Of a stretch of 64,000 nt of DNA, positions 45,276-59,569 are shown piece by piece. Positions within the stretch are counted from its first letter, which is position 1, and each line of letters opens with the position of its first letter. The position numbers and the translations under genes are program-made. The notes beneath the pieces were generated by a model, which saw nothing but the letters and a program-made list of their open reading frames with translations, had not been told where the DNA came from and ran no database searches. Origin of the DNA: Selaginella moellendorffii (taxonomy: Eukaryota; Plantae; Lycopodiophyta); NCBI RefSeq assembly GCF_000143415.4, contig NW_003314387.1:62001-126000 (forward strand), written 5' to 3'.

Positions 45276-46948
45276 ATGGAGTCTCCACTGCCGCTTCCTC
45301 TGCCGCGATCGCTCCAGGAGATGATCCTCGCCAAGCTCCCGCTCGAAGATCTCCTGCGATCGCGCACGGTTTGCAAGTTCTGGCGCCGCATTTCCACGAC
45401 AAAGAGCTTCTTGCGGAGGTATGAGATGGTCATCAGCGCCAAGCCATGGTTTCTCTTCATTCATGGCCGCACGGGCTTCGTGATTGGAAATGATGCGATG
45501 ACCGGCAAGCCAAGGCGCTTCTCTCGCCAGCCGTGGATCCCTACGGCGCAGGACACTAGCATCGTCTCGTGCTCGCTCGGCCTCCTGCTGCTCCAGGACT
45601 CCCAGGGCCATTTCACCGTGGTAGGAAAGAAATCCCCTTTTTTCTCTCGATATCACTTCCGAAGAGACAGCTCTCTTTTTTTTTTCTTTTTAACAATCGC
45701 TCTAGACAAGACTCACGAGTCTTTTTCTTTCTTTTTCTAGGTGAATCCTCTCACCAAGGAGACCAAGAAGCTCCCGGCGTTGGATATGAGCTCTGGCAAA
45801 GAGATCGTCTACTCCGGTAAGTAGCTCGAGCTGATTGAAAAGAAAAGAACAAAGCTACACCTTTTTTACCATCAGCCATCCAGTGCTCGCGTTCGGCCTC
45901 TTCATACAAGGTTTTCACCATGGGTGTGATGGACGCGGACGAGATCAGTGGATTTCTCTACAAAATGAGCGTCGTCCAGCCGGTAGACCGCCCGATCCCA
46001 GTGCCGGACATTCATGACTACAAGCAGCCCTTCATGCGCGTCTACTGCTCCGAGACTGGTTCCTGGACGTCCATCACCGGGTTTCCTCCAGGATTTGTGC
46101 TCCCTTTCCGCGCTCTATGCAAGGTGCACCAGTGTTTCATCGCAAACTCGCTGCTCTACTGCACCTCCAACAACGTCAACAACCGTCCCGAGAAGATTGC
46201 TCGCTTTGACATCCCCAAAATGGAGTGGCTTCCGACTCCGGTGGACATCCCAGAGGACTTGATGCTTATGAGCTTCATGATTGACAGCAGCAGCGAAACG
46301 ATGATAGTCGTAGCTGACAAAGACACGGGCAAGTTATTCAAGGCTGTGATCGAGCAGGAGAAGCTGGTGATTGCAGCGGAGCTCCAGGTGCCGAGCGAGA
46401 TCCTGCCGACGAACAAGCTTATGTTCGGGATGATGGAGGTGTGGGGCTTCGGACATGCGCTTTTCCTTCACGTCCCGGTGCAAAAGAGCAATGCATGGGA
46501 TCTCAAGAAGTGGGACGGCCGATCTCTCATGTACGAAGGCAAGAACATTGCGGAGGAGCCGACGATGCAGTGCTGGTTTGTCAGTCTGCACAACTCTGCC
46601 GTCTACTTCCAGTGCTTGCCCGAGCCTCATCTTCCAATCGGCACGGTCATGAGTGGAGCTGCGGATCTTCTCAAGCTTGTCTACACTCCCAGCCTTCGTT
46701 TCCCCAGAGGCAAGTTTCACACAATCAATCTTTTAGCTCCTCCTGTTCTGTTTATCAAGATACTTGCGAGTGGTTCTTTCCTTTCAGTTTTACGACTCAA
46801 GAGAAACAGGTCTCTTTCTTGTGATAATGAAACTCGTGACATTCTCTTGGTCGTAGATCATTCTTCCATTGAGGGGCTCAAGTACTCAAGCCGCCATATC
46901 AGAGCATTGGCAACTTGGAGAATGTCCGACTCAATCCTATCCAGTTAA
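45276..46948 (+). CDS. F-box protein (paralog of 1-842), multi-exon; 3' end uncertain
   Basis: F-box LPRSLQEMILAKLPLEDLLRSRTVCKFWR. Introns at 45621-45740 and from 45817. Long exon with MRVYCSETGSWTS and IARFDIPKMEW. Confidence 0.8.
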
Positions 46949-48819
46949 GCACTCAAATTTAAATGCCAAGAAACTACCCATAGCTAGGGCATGAAACGAC
47001 ACAGGCCATGGAATATTCTCGGAATAAGGTTTCAGCCTCAAGAAGGTGAAGTTTTAATCACTCACTCTTGTTTCAAGGCCTAGTTGGAATTCAAATATCT
47101 TCATCGTTCTTTCTTTGTCAAACTTTTCCTTTTATTTTTTTTACTAGCCAGCATAAATTGCCCCCTACATATTATGATGCCTCTTATGGGATCTCTTGCT
47201 GGAGCATCCAGATCCATGCAGCTGTCCCAGCACCATTTATGACAATCAGTATCTATGCATAGCAAGTATTAAGGTGTTTGATACACACTAGAGATTGTTG
47301 CAGTAACTGTTATAGACAAATTGACTCAATAGAACAATGTTTAATGGTCTGACAAAGTCAAGCACTAGAGGAGCCTTCTCTAGCCATACTCTAACATGTG
47401 TGGCCATGGAAATATCTATTAAGAGAGGATGGAGTCTTAAATGATATTTCTGATTCTTAACTTTAACCCTATAGTGTTGAATATTAGATGGCTTGAAAAG
47501 GTGGCTGTATATATAAATAGCATTTGCATAAGTGAAATTAATATTAAGGAACTTTGATGTCAATGCCATACTTGTTGAATGGACCTCATGTTGGAAATCA
47601 CAAATATTAAACCAAGTTATTATATATATAAGCTATGGCTCACCACTTGAATGAAACTATAAATCCACATATGCATATTATATTTCTTTAGAGGAGACAA
47701 TCAAATTCTATATGCCAGGGTCTAGAATGCTATATAATTTGCAATTACAAACCCATAAACAACATATTATAAGATTGAATACCTTCTATAATGCCACAAG
47801 GCACTTGGCTAGAAATATGTGTTTTAATGTCTAGATTTGGCTACAAAAGAATTTAAGAAGAAAAGAAGCCAAATACCAATACCTACTAAACTAGCAAAGG
47901 GACTTAATGGCTGTTTAAAGTCTATTTACACACCTATTCCTAGTAAAGTACTGTATTGGAATAGACCAAGTACCTAAAGCACTAAGTTGTGTAAGATGCT
48001 CAGTTCTTGGAAAGAAAAGTGATTGCATTCTACTTTATCAAGTTAAAACAAAACTTAGTTCCACCCATCTCTACATCACCTAAAACTTGTTGAGCTTGCT
48101 GTTGCAAAGAAACATTGTTTAGCAATGATTGATAACTGTATTTTACATGGTCTTGAGACCCTAAGGTAGAGCTATTGGCTACTGCTGCCATCACAAAGAG
48201 CTCCTAATTTAAGTAGTTGATTAAACTAAAGTTAATTACAGCCTTTGGTCTTATGCTCTACTTATGTTTTGCCAGATCATTGAGCATATGCACTTGTTAT
48301 AATGCCTTCTTGGCTTGACCAATACAAATTTGTCAACACATTTGCATGTGACATGTGTCACGACACTTTCTTCTCTCACCCCAAACAATTAGCAACCTCC
48401 CATTGGCAAAGAGCAAAAATCAACATAGGATATGGTTAGAAAAAAATAACCATTTTAATAGTTACCCACTATTTGGCAATTGCCATTCATTGGATTTGGT
48501 GGCCTACAAAATTTAGCAATTTCTTCTTTCTATAAGAAAAAAATATAAATAATCATAACTAATAGACATAATTAACTAATAAAAAAGAGATAATAAAAAA
48601 TTATAATATTACTTTTAATAAAATATTATTCTATTATTAGTTTATATTTCTCTCTATGATTATATATTTTAAATTAATATTTTAAAATCTAAGTAGTATT
48701 ATAAATAGATTAAATATAAATTTCAGAATATTAGATGTTCATCTTATTTATTAATAAACTATAAAATTAATAAGTTTTCTGATATTTTACATTTGTTTTA
48801 AAGTTAATTCTATACTTGA

Positions 48820-49108
48820 CTATGAGGGAAAAAATACAATAAGTCAAGAGAGTGTTAATTTAATCCTATATACAATGGAATTAATGATTAATAATATATC
48901 TTCAGAAGAATTGCCTAGAGGACAAAGTATAGAATTTCCATTCACATAACAAGATGATATTATTGGCCATTAAATGTTGTTAATTAAATGTGGCTATATA
49001 GTACATCTAGAAAACACTATGATCAATGTAGTGTGAATGATAATACTATTAAATATGATCATGGGACTAATGTTAGAAATCAATTTAATAACTTATTACA
49101 AATGTATC
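48820..49108 (+). pseudogene. 5' part of the AT-rich lectin pseudogene interrupted by the chromovirus
   Basis: Frame ..DHGTNVRNQFNNLLQMY continues in frame across the TSD into 53009 onwards; internal stops. Confidence 0.5.
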
Positions 49109-52100
49109 TGTAAGCCACAAATTTTTCCATTCCAATTTGCCAGCTTACCTCATCTATCCGACCAACACCGCCTTGGCTTTAGCTAAGTTCCTTCGCCAAG
49201 GTTCCCGCCTATTGTACCAGCTCCTACTTGGTCCTATTTGGCTTTAGCTGCTCACTGCACAAGTAACGAAACGTTAACCATCCATCCACAGATTCCTAAA
49301 TCTCTCTCAATCCCCCTTCTCGGGTTAGACTGAACTTAAGGTTCGGCTACACTCCTCGCAGGCACAAGCAGCCAAGCACACTAAGCCTCTATGTTCTTAA
49401 CATCCCTTGTACCACAAGACTTAATCATAGGACCCTCTAAATCCCAAGCTTTGGGTGCAACACTTGCTTCGGGATGCTGGGAAAACACTATGGCCTAACG
49501 GCCCAGTATGGGTACCTCTAGCCCCCCACTTCTATCCCAAAAGGAAGGCCCAAGCCCCTAGGAAGGGCGAGGACCAATGAGCCACAAGGTACTCAAGTGG
49601 GGCACCACTCCACATGAGCCGGGAGCATTGCAGTTGGTTTTCCTTTCAGGAGTGGGAGCTACTCTTGAGCACTTCTTTGGGTGGCCCCTCCGGCACCACC
49701 CGAGTCCATGCTCACTCCCACCCAAGGCCCCTCAGTCCTAGTCTTAACCTCAAGTCAGTTTGGAAGCACTATTGGAGAGTTCCTTCAAGATTGATTTCTG
49801 AACCTCACTATCCCTACTATACTTTTGGAATCCCCTACAGCCCCCCCCCCCTAGGAGATGCACGCTTTGGGCTTTCACCCCTTGACCCGTATTAGTACTC
49901 GGACTCGGTCTCGGACTCGGTCTCGGACTTGATCTTGGACTCAATCTTGGACCCGACTTCAGACTCGGTCTCGAACTCGATCTCAGACTCGATCTTGGAC
50001 CCGATCTCTGACTCGACTTCGGACTTGACCTCAGACTCAGTCTCGGACCTGATCTCAGATCTCGGACTCTGTCTCATACTCGGTCTCGAACTCGGTCTCG
50101 GAGTCGGCCTTAGACTCGATTCCGAATTCTATCTCGAACTCGGTCTCAGAGTTGGTTTTGGACTCGATCTCAGACTCGATTTCATCCGATGAACTCTTTG
50201 TCATTTTGGTCATGCTTTCGGGGATCCTTTAGCTTATGACATCTCGGGGAGTTGGTTTCTTACAATTCCACCACCCATAGAAGAAGTTCAATGCCTATAT
50301 CGAACGTCTCTTTTTAATCCTACAACTTGTTGACCATGTCTTCGGGGACATCCCCCCACTTAGCGGTGTGCCTAAGTTAGCCTCCCTGGCCAAGAGCCCA
50401 TGACAATGGAATATAAGTGTCCCTATACCCCTCACCTCACCATGCCTTATTATGGGGTTGGGACTTGAACACAACCTTGCTTTACTAGGGGGTTGGGACT
50501 CAAACCCAACTTTCGTAGAATACATTTACGGATTCAATATCCCCCGCAAAGGGTTAGGCATAGTTCCCTATGTCTAGTTGACCTAGCTAACCCATGCTAA
50601 TTAGTTTACCTTTGGCGCGCCTTCGGGTCCCAACATATGCTATTGCTCAACTTCACAAATGGATGCTTTTAATTGAACTTTGCATAAGTACATAGAGTTC
50701 TGCCTTGCAAAAATTCCTCCACTAGATCTCGCACATTGAATAGGTTCTTCTCCGGTTCTCATGTTACTTCGCAGTGTGGAAATCCTTTCCACTTCACATG
50801 GAACTCTCTCACTTCGCATCCTTGTCACTTGCTCTTGCGCGCATTGAGGATGGCCTCGACTTCGTATTCCTCTTCCCCTTGGATAACCTTAAGTAAAGGT
50901 CTCACTTGGTCCTTGCGAAGCGGATCCTCAAAGTACAGTTTGAGTAAGTTCACGTGGAACATTGGGTGCATCTTCCCCATCTCTTGAGGAAGTTGGAGAC
51001 GGTAAGCCACTTTACTGATTTGTGCCTCAATCTCATAAGGCCCCGCGAACCTACCTAAGGAACTCAAGATCAATTCATTTACATGAATATATGCATCTTT
51101 ACCTTTGGGTCAACTTTTAGCTGATCCCATTTGGTAGCCTGAGGTTCTTGGTGTTCAGCCACACCTTCTCCTTAGCTTGGAACTCTACATCCTAGTGTTT
51201 CTGGTTCGCGTACTTGGTTTGCCTTTATTGAGTCCGTTCCAAGGAATCCCTCACTATATTCTGAATGTTGAGTCTTTCTGTCATGAATGCCTCCACTGTA
51301 GGTAACTCTCCATGATACTCGGCTACGCCGAGTTCCACAGAACTTTCAATATCTCACCCATTGATGACTTCCCATGAACTCACCCCAATACTCGAGTGTG
51401 GTGAGATGTTATAGCACATTTTCGCAAGTCCCAAATGACTTACCCAATCAGTCTGGTCTCCTGAGACATAACATCGCAAATAATCCTCCAGCTGCCTATT
51501 CACCCTTTTTGTTTGTCTGTTTGTCAAGAAGTGTTAGTGCTATCAAACTTGATTTAATGCCCAATACCTGTATGTGGGTGATAGGCTGTGCTGAATTTCA
51601 ACTTGGTGCGATACTATTCCAGGAGAGTTCTCCAGAACCTACTAGTGAAGATCTTATCTCGATCTGAGATGATCTCCTCTAGCCTTCCCCGCACTTGAAC
51701 CACTTGTTTGAAAAACAGCTTTGCCACACCTTCTACATCCACTTCCGTTGTGGTGGGTATGAAATATGCCATCTTCGAAAATTGGTCCACCACCACGAAT
51801 ATCGCATCAAACCCTCGCTTGGGGGGAGTTCCGTGATGAATTCCATCGTAAGACATTTCCACAGCCAATCTGGAATTGGGATGCTTTGTAACAAGCCCCC
51901 ACTAGCCTTAGTCAGAGCTTTGACCTGCTGACATGTTGGACATGTCTTTACATAGTCTTGGACATATTTTGCTAGTGATACTTCCTCTTGAGTAAGCCCA
52001 TTGTGTTGGGCACTCTGCCATGTCCTGCAAGAGGTTTGTCATGACACCCTTCTAAGGATACCTTTCTTAGTTCTCCTTATGAAACATACACCCTCGTTTG

Positions 52101-53003
52101 TTTATAATAGATGAGTCCATTGCATTCTGCATAACTTGTTTTCTCTTTTGTTGGCAACTCACCTCACCTTTTGTTGGCAAAGCACACCAGGCCTCCAGGT
52201 TCCTAACATCCCTTGGTACCATAAGACTTGATCATGGGACCTTCTAAATCCCAAGCCTTAGGTGCAACACTTGCTTCAGGACACCAGGGTGAAACACCGT
52301 GGCCTAATGGCCCAGTATGAGTACCTCTACCCCCCCACTTCCATCTCGAAGGGAAGGCCCAAGCCTCTAGGAAGGGCAAGGACTAATGAGCCATAAGGTA
52401 CTCAAGTGGGGCACCACTCCACATGAGGCAGGAGCACCATAGTCAGTTTCGCTTCCGAGAGTGGGAGTTGCTCTTGAGCACTTCCTTAGGTGGCCCCTTC
52501 AGCACCATCTGAGTCTATGCTCACTCCCACCCAAAGCCCTTCGGTCCCAGTCTCAACCTCAAGTTAGTTTAAAAGCACCACTGAAGAGTTCCTTCAAGAT
52601 TGATTCCTAGACCTCACTATCCCTACTAAATTTTGGGAACCCTTTGAAGCCCCCCCCCCCCCCCCCCCCTGGGAGACGCACGCTTTAGGCTTTCACCCCT
52701 TGACCTGTATTAGTACTCGGACTCGATCTTGGATTTGATCTCAAACCCAACTTCAGACTCGGTCTTGAATTCGATCTCGGACTCGGTCTCGAACCTAATC
52801 TCGGATTCTGTCTTGAACTCAGTCTCGAACTCGGTCTTGGAGTTGGCCTCAGACTTGATCCCGGACTCTATCTCGGACTCGGTCTCAAAGTCTGTCTTAG
52901 ACTCGATTTTAGACTCGATTCCATTTGATGAACTCTTTGTCATTTCGGTCATGCTTTCGGGGATCTTTTAGCTTATGACATCTTGGGGAGTTGGTTTCTT
53001 ATA
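49109..53003 (-). mobile_element. Internally deleted chromovirus (Ty3/gypsy) LTR retrotransposon
   Basis: 5-bp TSD GTATC (49104-49108, 53004-53008). 3' LTR 49109-50264; truncated 5' LTR ~52180-53003. Integrase remnants FDAIFVVVDQFSKMAYFIP, IISDRD and RFAGPYEI..HPMFHVNLLK; chromodomain EEEYEVEAILN..HVKWKGF. Confidence 0.92.
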
Positions 53004-53008
53004 GTATC

Positions 53009-53535
53009 ATGGTACAATAGAAAATTTACGAGTAACATTTGTTACAATAATAACTGATTATTTTGCAATTGAGTATATTATTAAGAATTTTCATCAATCA
53101 AAGAGATTAGAGAATTTTAACATTAAAATTAATACTTTAAAGGATTGTAGAATTTATATTACAACTTTAATGAGTACTTTACCTTCTTATTACTTACAAA
53201 GTTCACAATTTTTATTATCTCCAAATAGAAAAGCTATTTTATATTTACATCTCAATTGTATTTTGGCTTCATATATGAATAACAGAATAAAATGGTTTGT
53301 AGGTTCAGATAAATATAAGAACTGTGAATTTAAAATGCAAATAGATGGAAACATAGTTTTATATTCAAATAGTAATAATGTTGTATAATCACCAAATATT
53401 TTTTGTGATAAATCAATTTGTTTTTTATCTTTACAAAATGATTGTAACTTAGTCTTATATGAATCTTTCCAAAGAGTGTTTTCTCATCATCCTTTTATTA
53501 AGGCAAGATGGTCATCAAATACCTATCCCTATTAA
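53009..53535 (+). pseudogene. Bulb-type (GNA-like, B-lectin) mannose-binding lectin pseudogene
   Basis: QxDxNxVxY motifs MQIDGNIVLY and LQNDCNLVLY, ending ARWSSNTYPY*. Internal stop at 53386 where VVWS is expected. Confidence 0.75.
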
Positions 53536-54284
53536 TCTTTTTTTATTTTAATTAAAATACTAATATTTAAATATTTATATTACTAAATTTCTGAAATATT
53601 AGAAATTTAACTTGAAATAATTTTCTACACCCTGCAGTAACATTTAGCTTTCTCTAGAAAAACAATATCTATTATTTTTGTTGCTGATGCTATCTTAAAT
53701 ATGATTAATACTTTAGCATAGTTCTTACATAACTACCAATTATTATAAATTGAATTTTTTGATAACTATAACTATTTTCTAACAAGATATTATTAATGAA
53801 GGCATATATTATAGACTAAACTTAAATATTGTTTAAAAATGTTAATATAACTAGTTCTAAACTACAAAATATTTATTCTATTTAAATAATAATTGATAAA
53901 TTAGATAAATTTTAAATATAAAATAAATTAGTGTTTAGAATATACTTTAATCAGTTAACCTAGTAAGATCCTAGCTCCTCAATTGGATTATGTTGGCTTG
54001 TATAGAATGTGTTGGTGTAATGCACCTGGTTTTTACCCTTTATCCTATGGTGATTTATCATAGGATAACCACGAAGTAAAATCTAAACCCTCCATGTAAG
54101 CTCTATTTCGTTAAAGTGGGATTTATTCAGTAAAATGGGACTAGGTACAAATTTTCAAGTATTTGAAAATGACATGAAATTATATGTTTTTTGTCCAGGG
54201 GCTAGACATATCTGGGGCATGGTGACTAGCGCGGTGACTTTCTGTCTAGACTGAGTCCATCTGGTTGTATAATAAATCTCATTG

Positions 54285-57166
54285 TCAAGGTGAACAAGCC
54301 GAATCTAAAGTTACATTGAAGGAGTTAGTTTTCGCGTCCTCCTCTGCATCAGTGATGCAGTGCCCCACCCATATCATTTGTTTTTTATTACTGGGTCTAA
54401 CAAGCACGACCATTCCTTTGCAGACCTGTACTGGATTGAATGCTGAATCCGGCTTCTTGTTCCTCGGCCCACAATAGTGATCCTCAATATCGTTATATGT
54501 CACTGCATTTCCAGAGGACATTGTTCCGCTACTATCTGGTGCTCTGGGTTCTAGCCAAAAGGACTCTTCCAATTCTTCATATACAACCGGCCCATTTTGG
54601 ATAGCAGATATAATCTTCTCCCAGTATTCGAGCAAAGGCTTGCACCTCTGAAAATAGGATTCTCCACCAAACACCAACCCCCTCTTCCAGAAGGCAATAT
54701 GCTATCTAATCCCGGCCACTATACTTTCCTGGTCTTTGAGTCCATCCGGGTGCATCGGCCGTGGGGAACCTTGAGGAATCATAGGTTCCCCAGTTATGGG
54801 ATCTCTCTTGAAGAGTTCAATGCCGTCCACTGGCAGCCACACTGTGTCCCATTCTCTCATCTTGTACCTCATCACTGGAGCATCATCACGCATGCTGAAA
54901 TGAAACTGAAGAGGCTTGGAGTGGCCAATCAGCGTTTCGGATCCGTCCCTGATGTAGCCTCTTACAAACCCCTTAAAGTCTGGAACCTCTGTCACAAGTG
55001 CAACTTCAACAGTGCCTTTGATGCAATTTTGGAATTCATCGTAGAGTTGTGGGAGGGTGAGGACATTGGATCGCCAGAGGGACTCTGCCAGGTGACTAAA
55101 CATGGCATCGACGTCTTCATGAGTGTGCCCAACCATGAGAAAGCCAAGTGTAACTGTTTCAAATATGCCTTTGGCAACAAGCATCGCCAAGTACGTGAAG
55201 ATGTACATGTTTTTGTTCTCACTGCCAGCATTGTTTGTTTGGAGCAGAAGATGGGGAGGAAGGCCACATCGGCCGCAAGAACTTCCTTGAGATTCTGCTT
55301 CATTTGGATGAGGCTGTGCATTCACCGGGCGACCAGCCTCGTCGGAATGGCATGAGGCCTCACGTGATAACCCTACATTCTGACGGCCAACATATTCATT
55401 GGGATGGCATGGGGCCCCACGCGATACTGCAAGCCTTTGCTCCTCCTCCAGCTGAACCCTGTATGGGGTTCGATCGACAAGGGCCTTATGCAAGGGTTGG
55501 CCGTTCAGCTCAGTCTGCGCACTTTGCAAAGACCTTAAGTGTTTTGCTAGGGACGCAATCATCATGTTTGCACCCCCGCCACCCCATAGAGGTACAAAGA
55601 AGTTCCCATAGTTCTGGGCACCATGCCCATGAGCGATTATGCCAAACAGAGACACAGGCAGCTGCATGGATGAAGAGATTGCCTTGGGGGCAGGATTGGG
55701 TCGAGGTAAGCACATCTTTTTCTAGTCCATTTTATCGTGGATGATGTAGAGGTAAGAGTCAGGTCTCTCCATGGAGAGAATCTTGTTATGATAATATGCA
55801 GTCCTGCAGCTTCTCTACTGGATGTTGTGGTCGAGCCGCCTTCTAACCAACGTCTCTCGCTCTCGAGCGATGCAAGAATTCTTCGACAAAGCCATTTTGA
55901 TAGTAGTGCACTTGTCACACTTTGAAAAGCTGGAGTACTTTCCTATACTCACATCCCTGAACCTGTTGCTCCACAATCTACTAAATCTAGATTGGCTCAG
56001 CTTCCTGTAGCCATTACTCTGGAGTTCCCGATGCACATCTTCCAATATGGCCCCCTTGGTATACATGGAAGGGGGAACTCGTTGGGTGTCTCGTGTTCCA
56101 TCTTCCAAGAGGCGGGTTTTATGTGGTTGCTGCTTGCTACATGTCTCGACAAACCTCTTGAATATTGCCTCTCCATATACAATATGACCCTTGGTTTTGT
56201 GCGTACCGTCGTTCCCATGGACTGCCTGTTGAACCCTTTGTTCCTCGAACTCAGTTTTGATTCTGTAGAATGTGGTTCGAGGGACTCCATAAATGATTCT
56301 CCATACCTTCATGCAGACCAAACCCCTCTGAAGACCATGCCCCCCACCTGATGTTCTGAAGCATCAACAGATGACCGTAATGCCTCATACACAAAATTGC
56401 GAGCTGCCTTCTAGGACAATGTCTTGTATCTTGCTCTCTCCTCTTCAATAGCATCCCAATCAGCATGTTGACAGCACCTCCTCTTGCAACAAGCAACTGT
56501 CGAGACCATTCGAACCTCCATCACCATTTTCTGCCTTTTCGGTTCGTTGCTCAGATCCCTTTGGCTGCGCTTTAGGAAGGTGTACTTTCTTTTCCCATGA
56601 AGAGATGTTCTATCATCAGTTATAGTGGTGTTTGATTGTGAATCCTTCACATTCTCAAACACTAAATGCCTCAATTTCCACCGCACAATGCTTCCAATAG
56701 TCAGACTGTTTTCTTCTGTGTCAACAACCTCTAAAATCGCAACTCCAATATCATCCCAGCCCAATTCTTGATTAGCAACCGCATCTCTTGGATCGACAAC
56801 TGTGGCTAAGCCCTCAGCTACCACCTCCCCCTCGGGGTTGTTTAGAAACACCTTTGCCTGAATCCATGTAGCACGGTTCTTAAGATCCACGGAGGGAACA
56901 TGTGTCGCACTTGCGCTGTCCCCAACATCTGCTTTCTTCTGAAGATTTTTCAAGGCAACAACAACATTTACCCCGACGACCATCTCTCCTCGTTCAATAG
57001 CGACCACATTCCCATCGAAGACAGTCTCTACTGATACAGCAGCATTGCCTTCCCCAAGCCTTTGACAGTGTTTAACAAAGTTCCGATCCATAGACACAAG
57101 GGTCCCTTTTGCAACTCTCTTCCCACCATTCAAAATGTAAACTTTTTCCCCAACCCTGAAGGCCAT
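54285..57166 (-). pseudogene. Transposase pseudogene of copy 2
   Basis: Near-identical to 29266+ but with stops at 56411, 55815, ~55722 and 54702, a frameshift at ~56325 and a 3' deletion. Confidence 0.9.
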
Positions 57167-57318
57167 TTTGAAAGTGCAGAAAAGAAGTTAAGACTATACA
57201 AAAAATGATTGGAGAATGGCCTAAATCATAACATACCAAACAACCTCAATAGCATGAGGCCACATGCCATTATTCAAACATGCTATTGACACCCACGTGA
57301 AATTTCACATTCACAAAA

Positions 57319-57536
57319 TTGGCATGAGGCCTCATGCCATCTTGATAAACACACAGCTACAGGCAGGTAAAGAAACTATTGGCAATATGCTAGTGATGAA
57401 CTTGCAAGGCCCCAAGATGGCATGAGGCCTCATGCCATCTTGATATACACACAGCTGCAGGCAAGTAAAAACATACATGACAATACGCTAGCCATGAAAT
57501 TGCAAGGGCCCAAGATGGCATGTGGCTTCATGCCAT
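57319..57536. repeat. Three 22-bp palindromes at 98-bp period separated by diverged spacers
   Basis: Motif starts at 57319, 57417 and 57515. Confidence 0.85.
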
Positions 57537-59569
57537 TTCTAAATGTAGTCCTAAGCCATTCCATGGTGAACATACCAGGAAGCACAAATGCCGAATATCA
57601 AGAGGAAGCGGTAGCCACACCAAAGACAGTGCCGCTCGCAACACCGCAACTACTTGTAGCACCGCTCGCAACACCGCAACTGCTCGTAGCGCTGCTCGCA
57701 CAAACTACCACTCGCATAAACTGCCACTCACATAAACTGCCGCTCGCAATGGCGCTCGCAATGCTGCAACCGCTCATAGACGCATAAACCACAACTCACA
57801 ACACCACTTACACAAGCAGCGCTCATTACGCTCAGCGAAACCAAGAACACGGCACACAAAAATGATAGACCTAGGAATGAGTTCGAGAATTCAAAAATAA
57901 CACACGCTTGAACGTCACATCAAATCCTCTGACAAACCAGATCTTATGATTCCTCTGACAAATTTCAAACTGAGTAGCTTCTAGACTTTGCTGTCGGACG
58001 TTGAACTTTGTCACATCATGTCCTTGCCTCGATCCAGCTGTGCCATGTCAGTGATTCGAACTTTGTCATGCCATGTCAGCGATCCGCGCCAAGATTATTC
58101 GCCGTGTAAAGGAATAATTATGCTGTATGTGTACGTCCATTTATGGCAATATAAGGCCACACGCCATTCAAAGAATAATGCTAGTCGAGCATTTTTTTGT
58201 GCATTTTTGGGTTCAAAATTGCATGAGCCCACACACTATAAAGTTTACCTGTACCAAAAATAGAAACAGCTTTATTTACTTGGGAATTTAAGTGGTTGAG
58301 GCATTTTTAAACTTACAAACACATGCCCTACTTACATTCCTTTGGTTGCTTAAAATTCAAAAATATTATAAACCTTTCTTTTTGCATTTTCAATGTTTTC
58401 AATTATGGTTTTTGATTTTTGCAGGACCAGCCTAGTAATCTATTTGCATCCTGTCATGTTTATAGCTAGCTTTCGTTTGTCCCCTACAGCATTTGCCTAG
58501 AAAGGGCATCTTTCTTCACGTAGCATTTGCCATATGTTTAGGGTTTAGCAATTCGGTAGCTTGACAAACATGCAAATACAGAACTTGATGCAAAATCCTT
58601 TGATATGTCACAATGCCCCTAGGACCATAAACACATTTCAATAGAGAGAGTCCTTTCATTTCATAACTCCTTACATAGATCTTGGTGAAACCAGAGTTAG
58701 TGAAGTTGGTTTCTTGTGATCCCGCATCTGATTGTGATGTCCCTTTGCAGTGTCAATGGAAAGGTCAATGCACACCAAACTGTAGAATCTTGGAGCAAAA
58801 TAACAGTCGGATCTATGGCAAATGCCCCTGAAACATTGTAAGGCTCGTGTGGTCTCATATGGTGTCCGATCGAGATGCTTCTTTGCAGGGTCATCAAGAA
58901 GGACATTGTATACCATTCTTTATTTAGCTGAACATCTGGCATTTTTGGAAATACAAGATGCTTTGGAATATCCAATCATGCATGGTATAAATATAGCGAG
59001 GGTATTAAATGATATCCCAATCATGATCTTTCTTTTGGATTTCACGTACATGCAGTCCGAGGAATGATGACGTTGCGGATTTCTTTTAGATTTCACGTGC
59101 ATGCATGCGCGCGGCGATCCAGAAATTAATGGTGGCGCCCAAGTCCGAGGAATGATGACGTTGCGGGATTACCAACCGTCGTGACATTTCGCGTGTGTGA
59201 GGTTAGGTTTTGCATTTTGCTTCGTACTCGCGCTCGCACTTGCGATCACGCTCACATTCGAGCTCATCTACCTTCTCTACAGGTTTCTCGTGTGCATCGG
59301 CGTCCACTCACGCTTGCATCACACTCGCGCTCGCATCGTGCTCGTGTGCATCGGCGTCCACTTCAAGACACACCCAATTTGTAACTTCGCCGCCAACTCC
59401 GCCGCCCACTCCGCCACCCACACGCAGCCCACTTGGCATCCCGGGAGATTTCAGCGCCACTCTCCAACTGTAAGTGGCAGAGTAGCCTTGCTGCTACGAT
59501 CCGCTGCACACACAGTGCACATTCACCAGCGAGTCCGGCCTCGATTGTCATGCCTCCATTTGGCTTCAA

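Noticed and set aside
57319-57536. CRISPR-like palindromic repeat/spacer pattern
   Set aside because: Eukaryotic context, no cas genes, and the 76-bp spacers are homologous to each other, so this is a tandem duplication.
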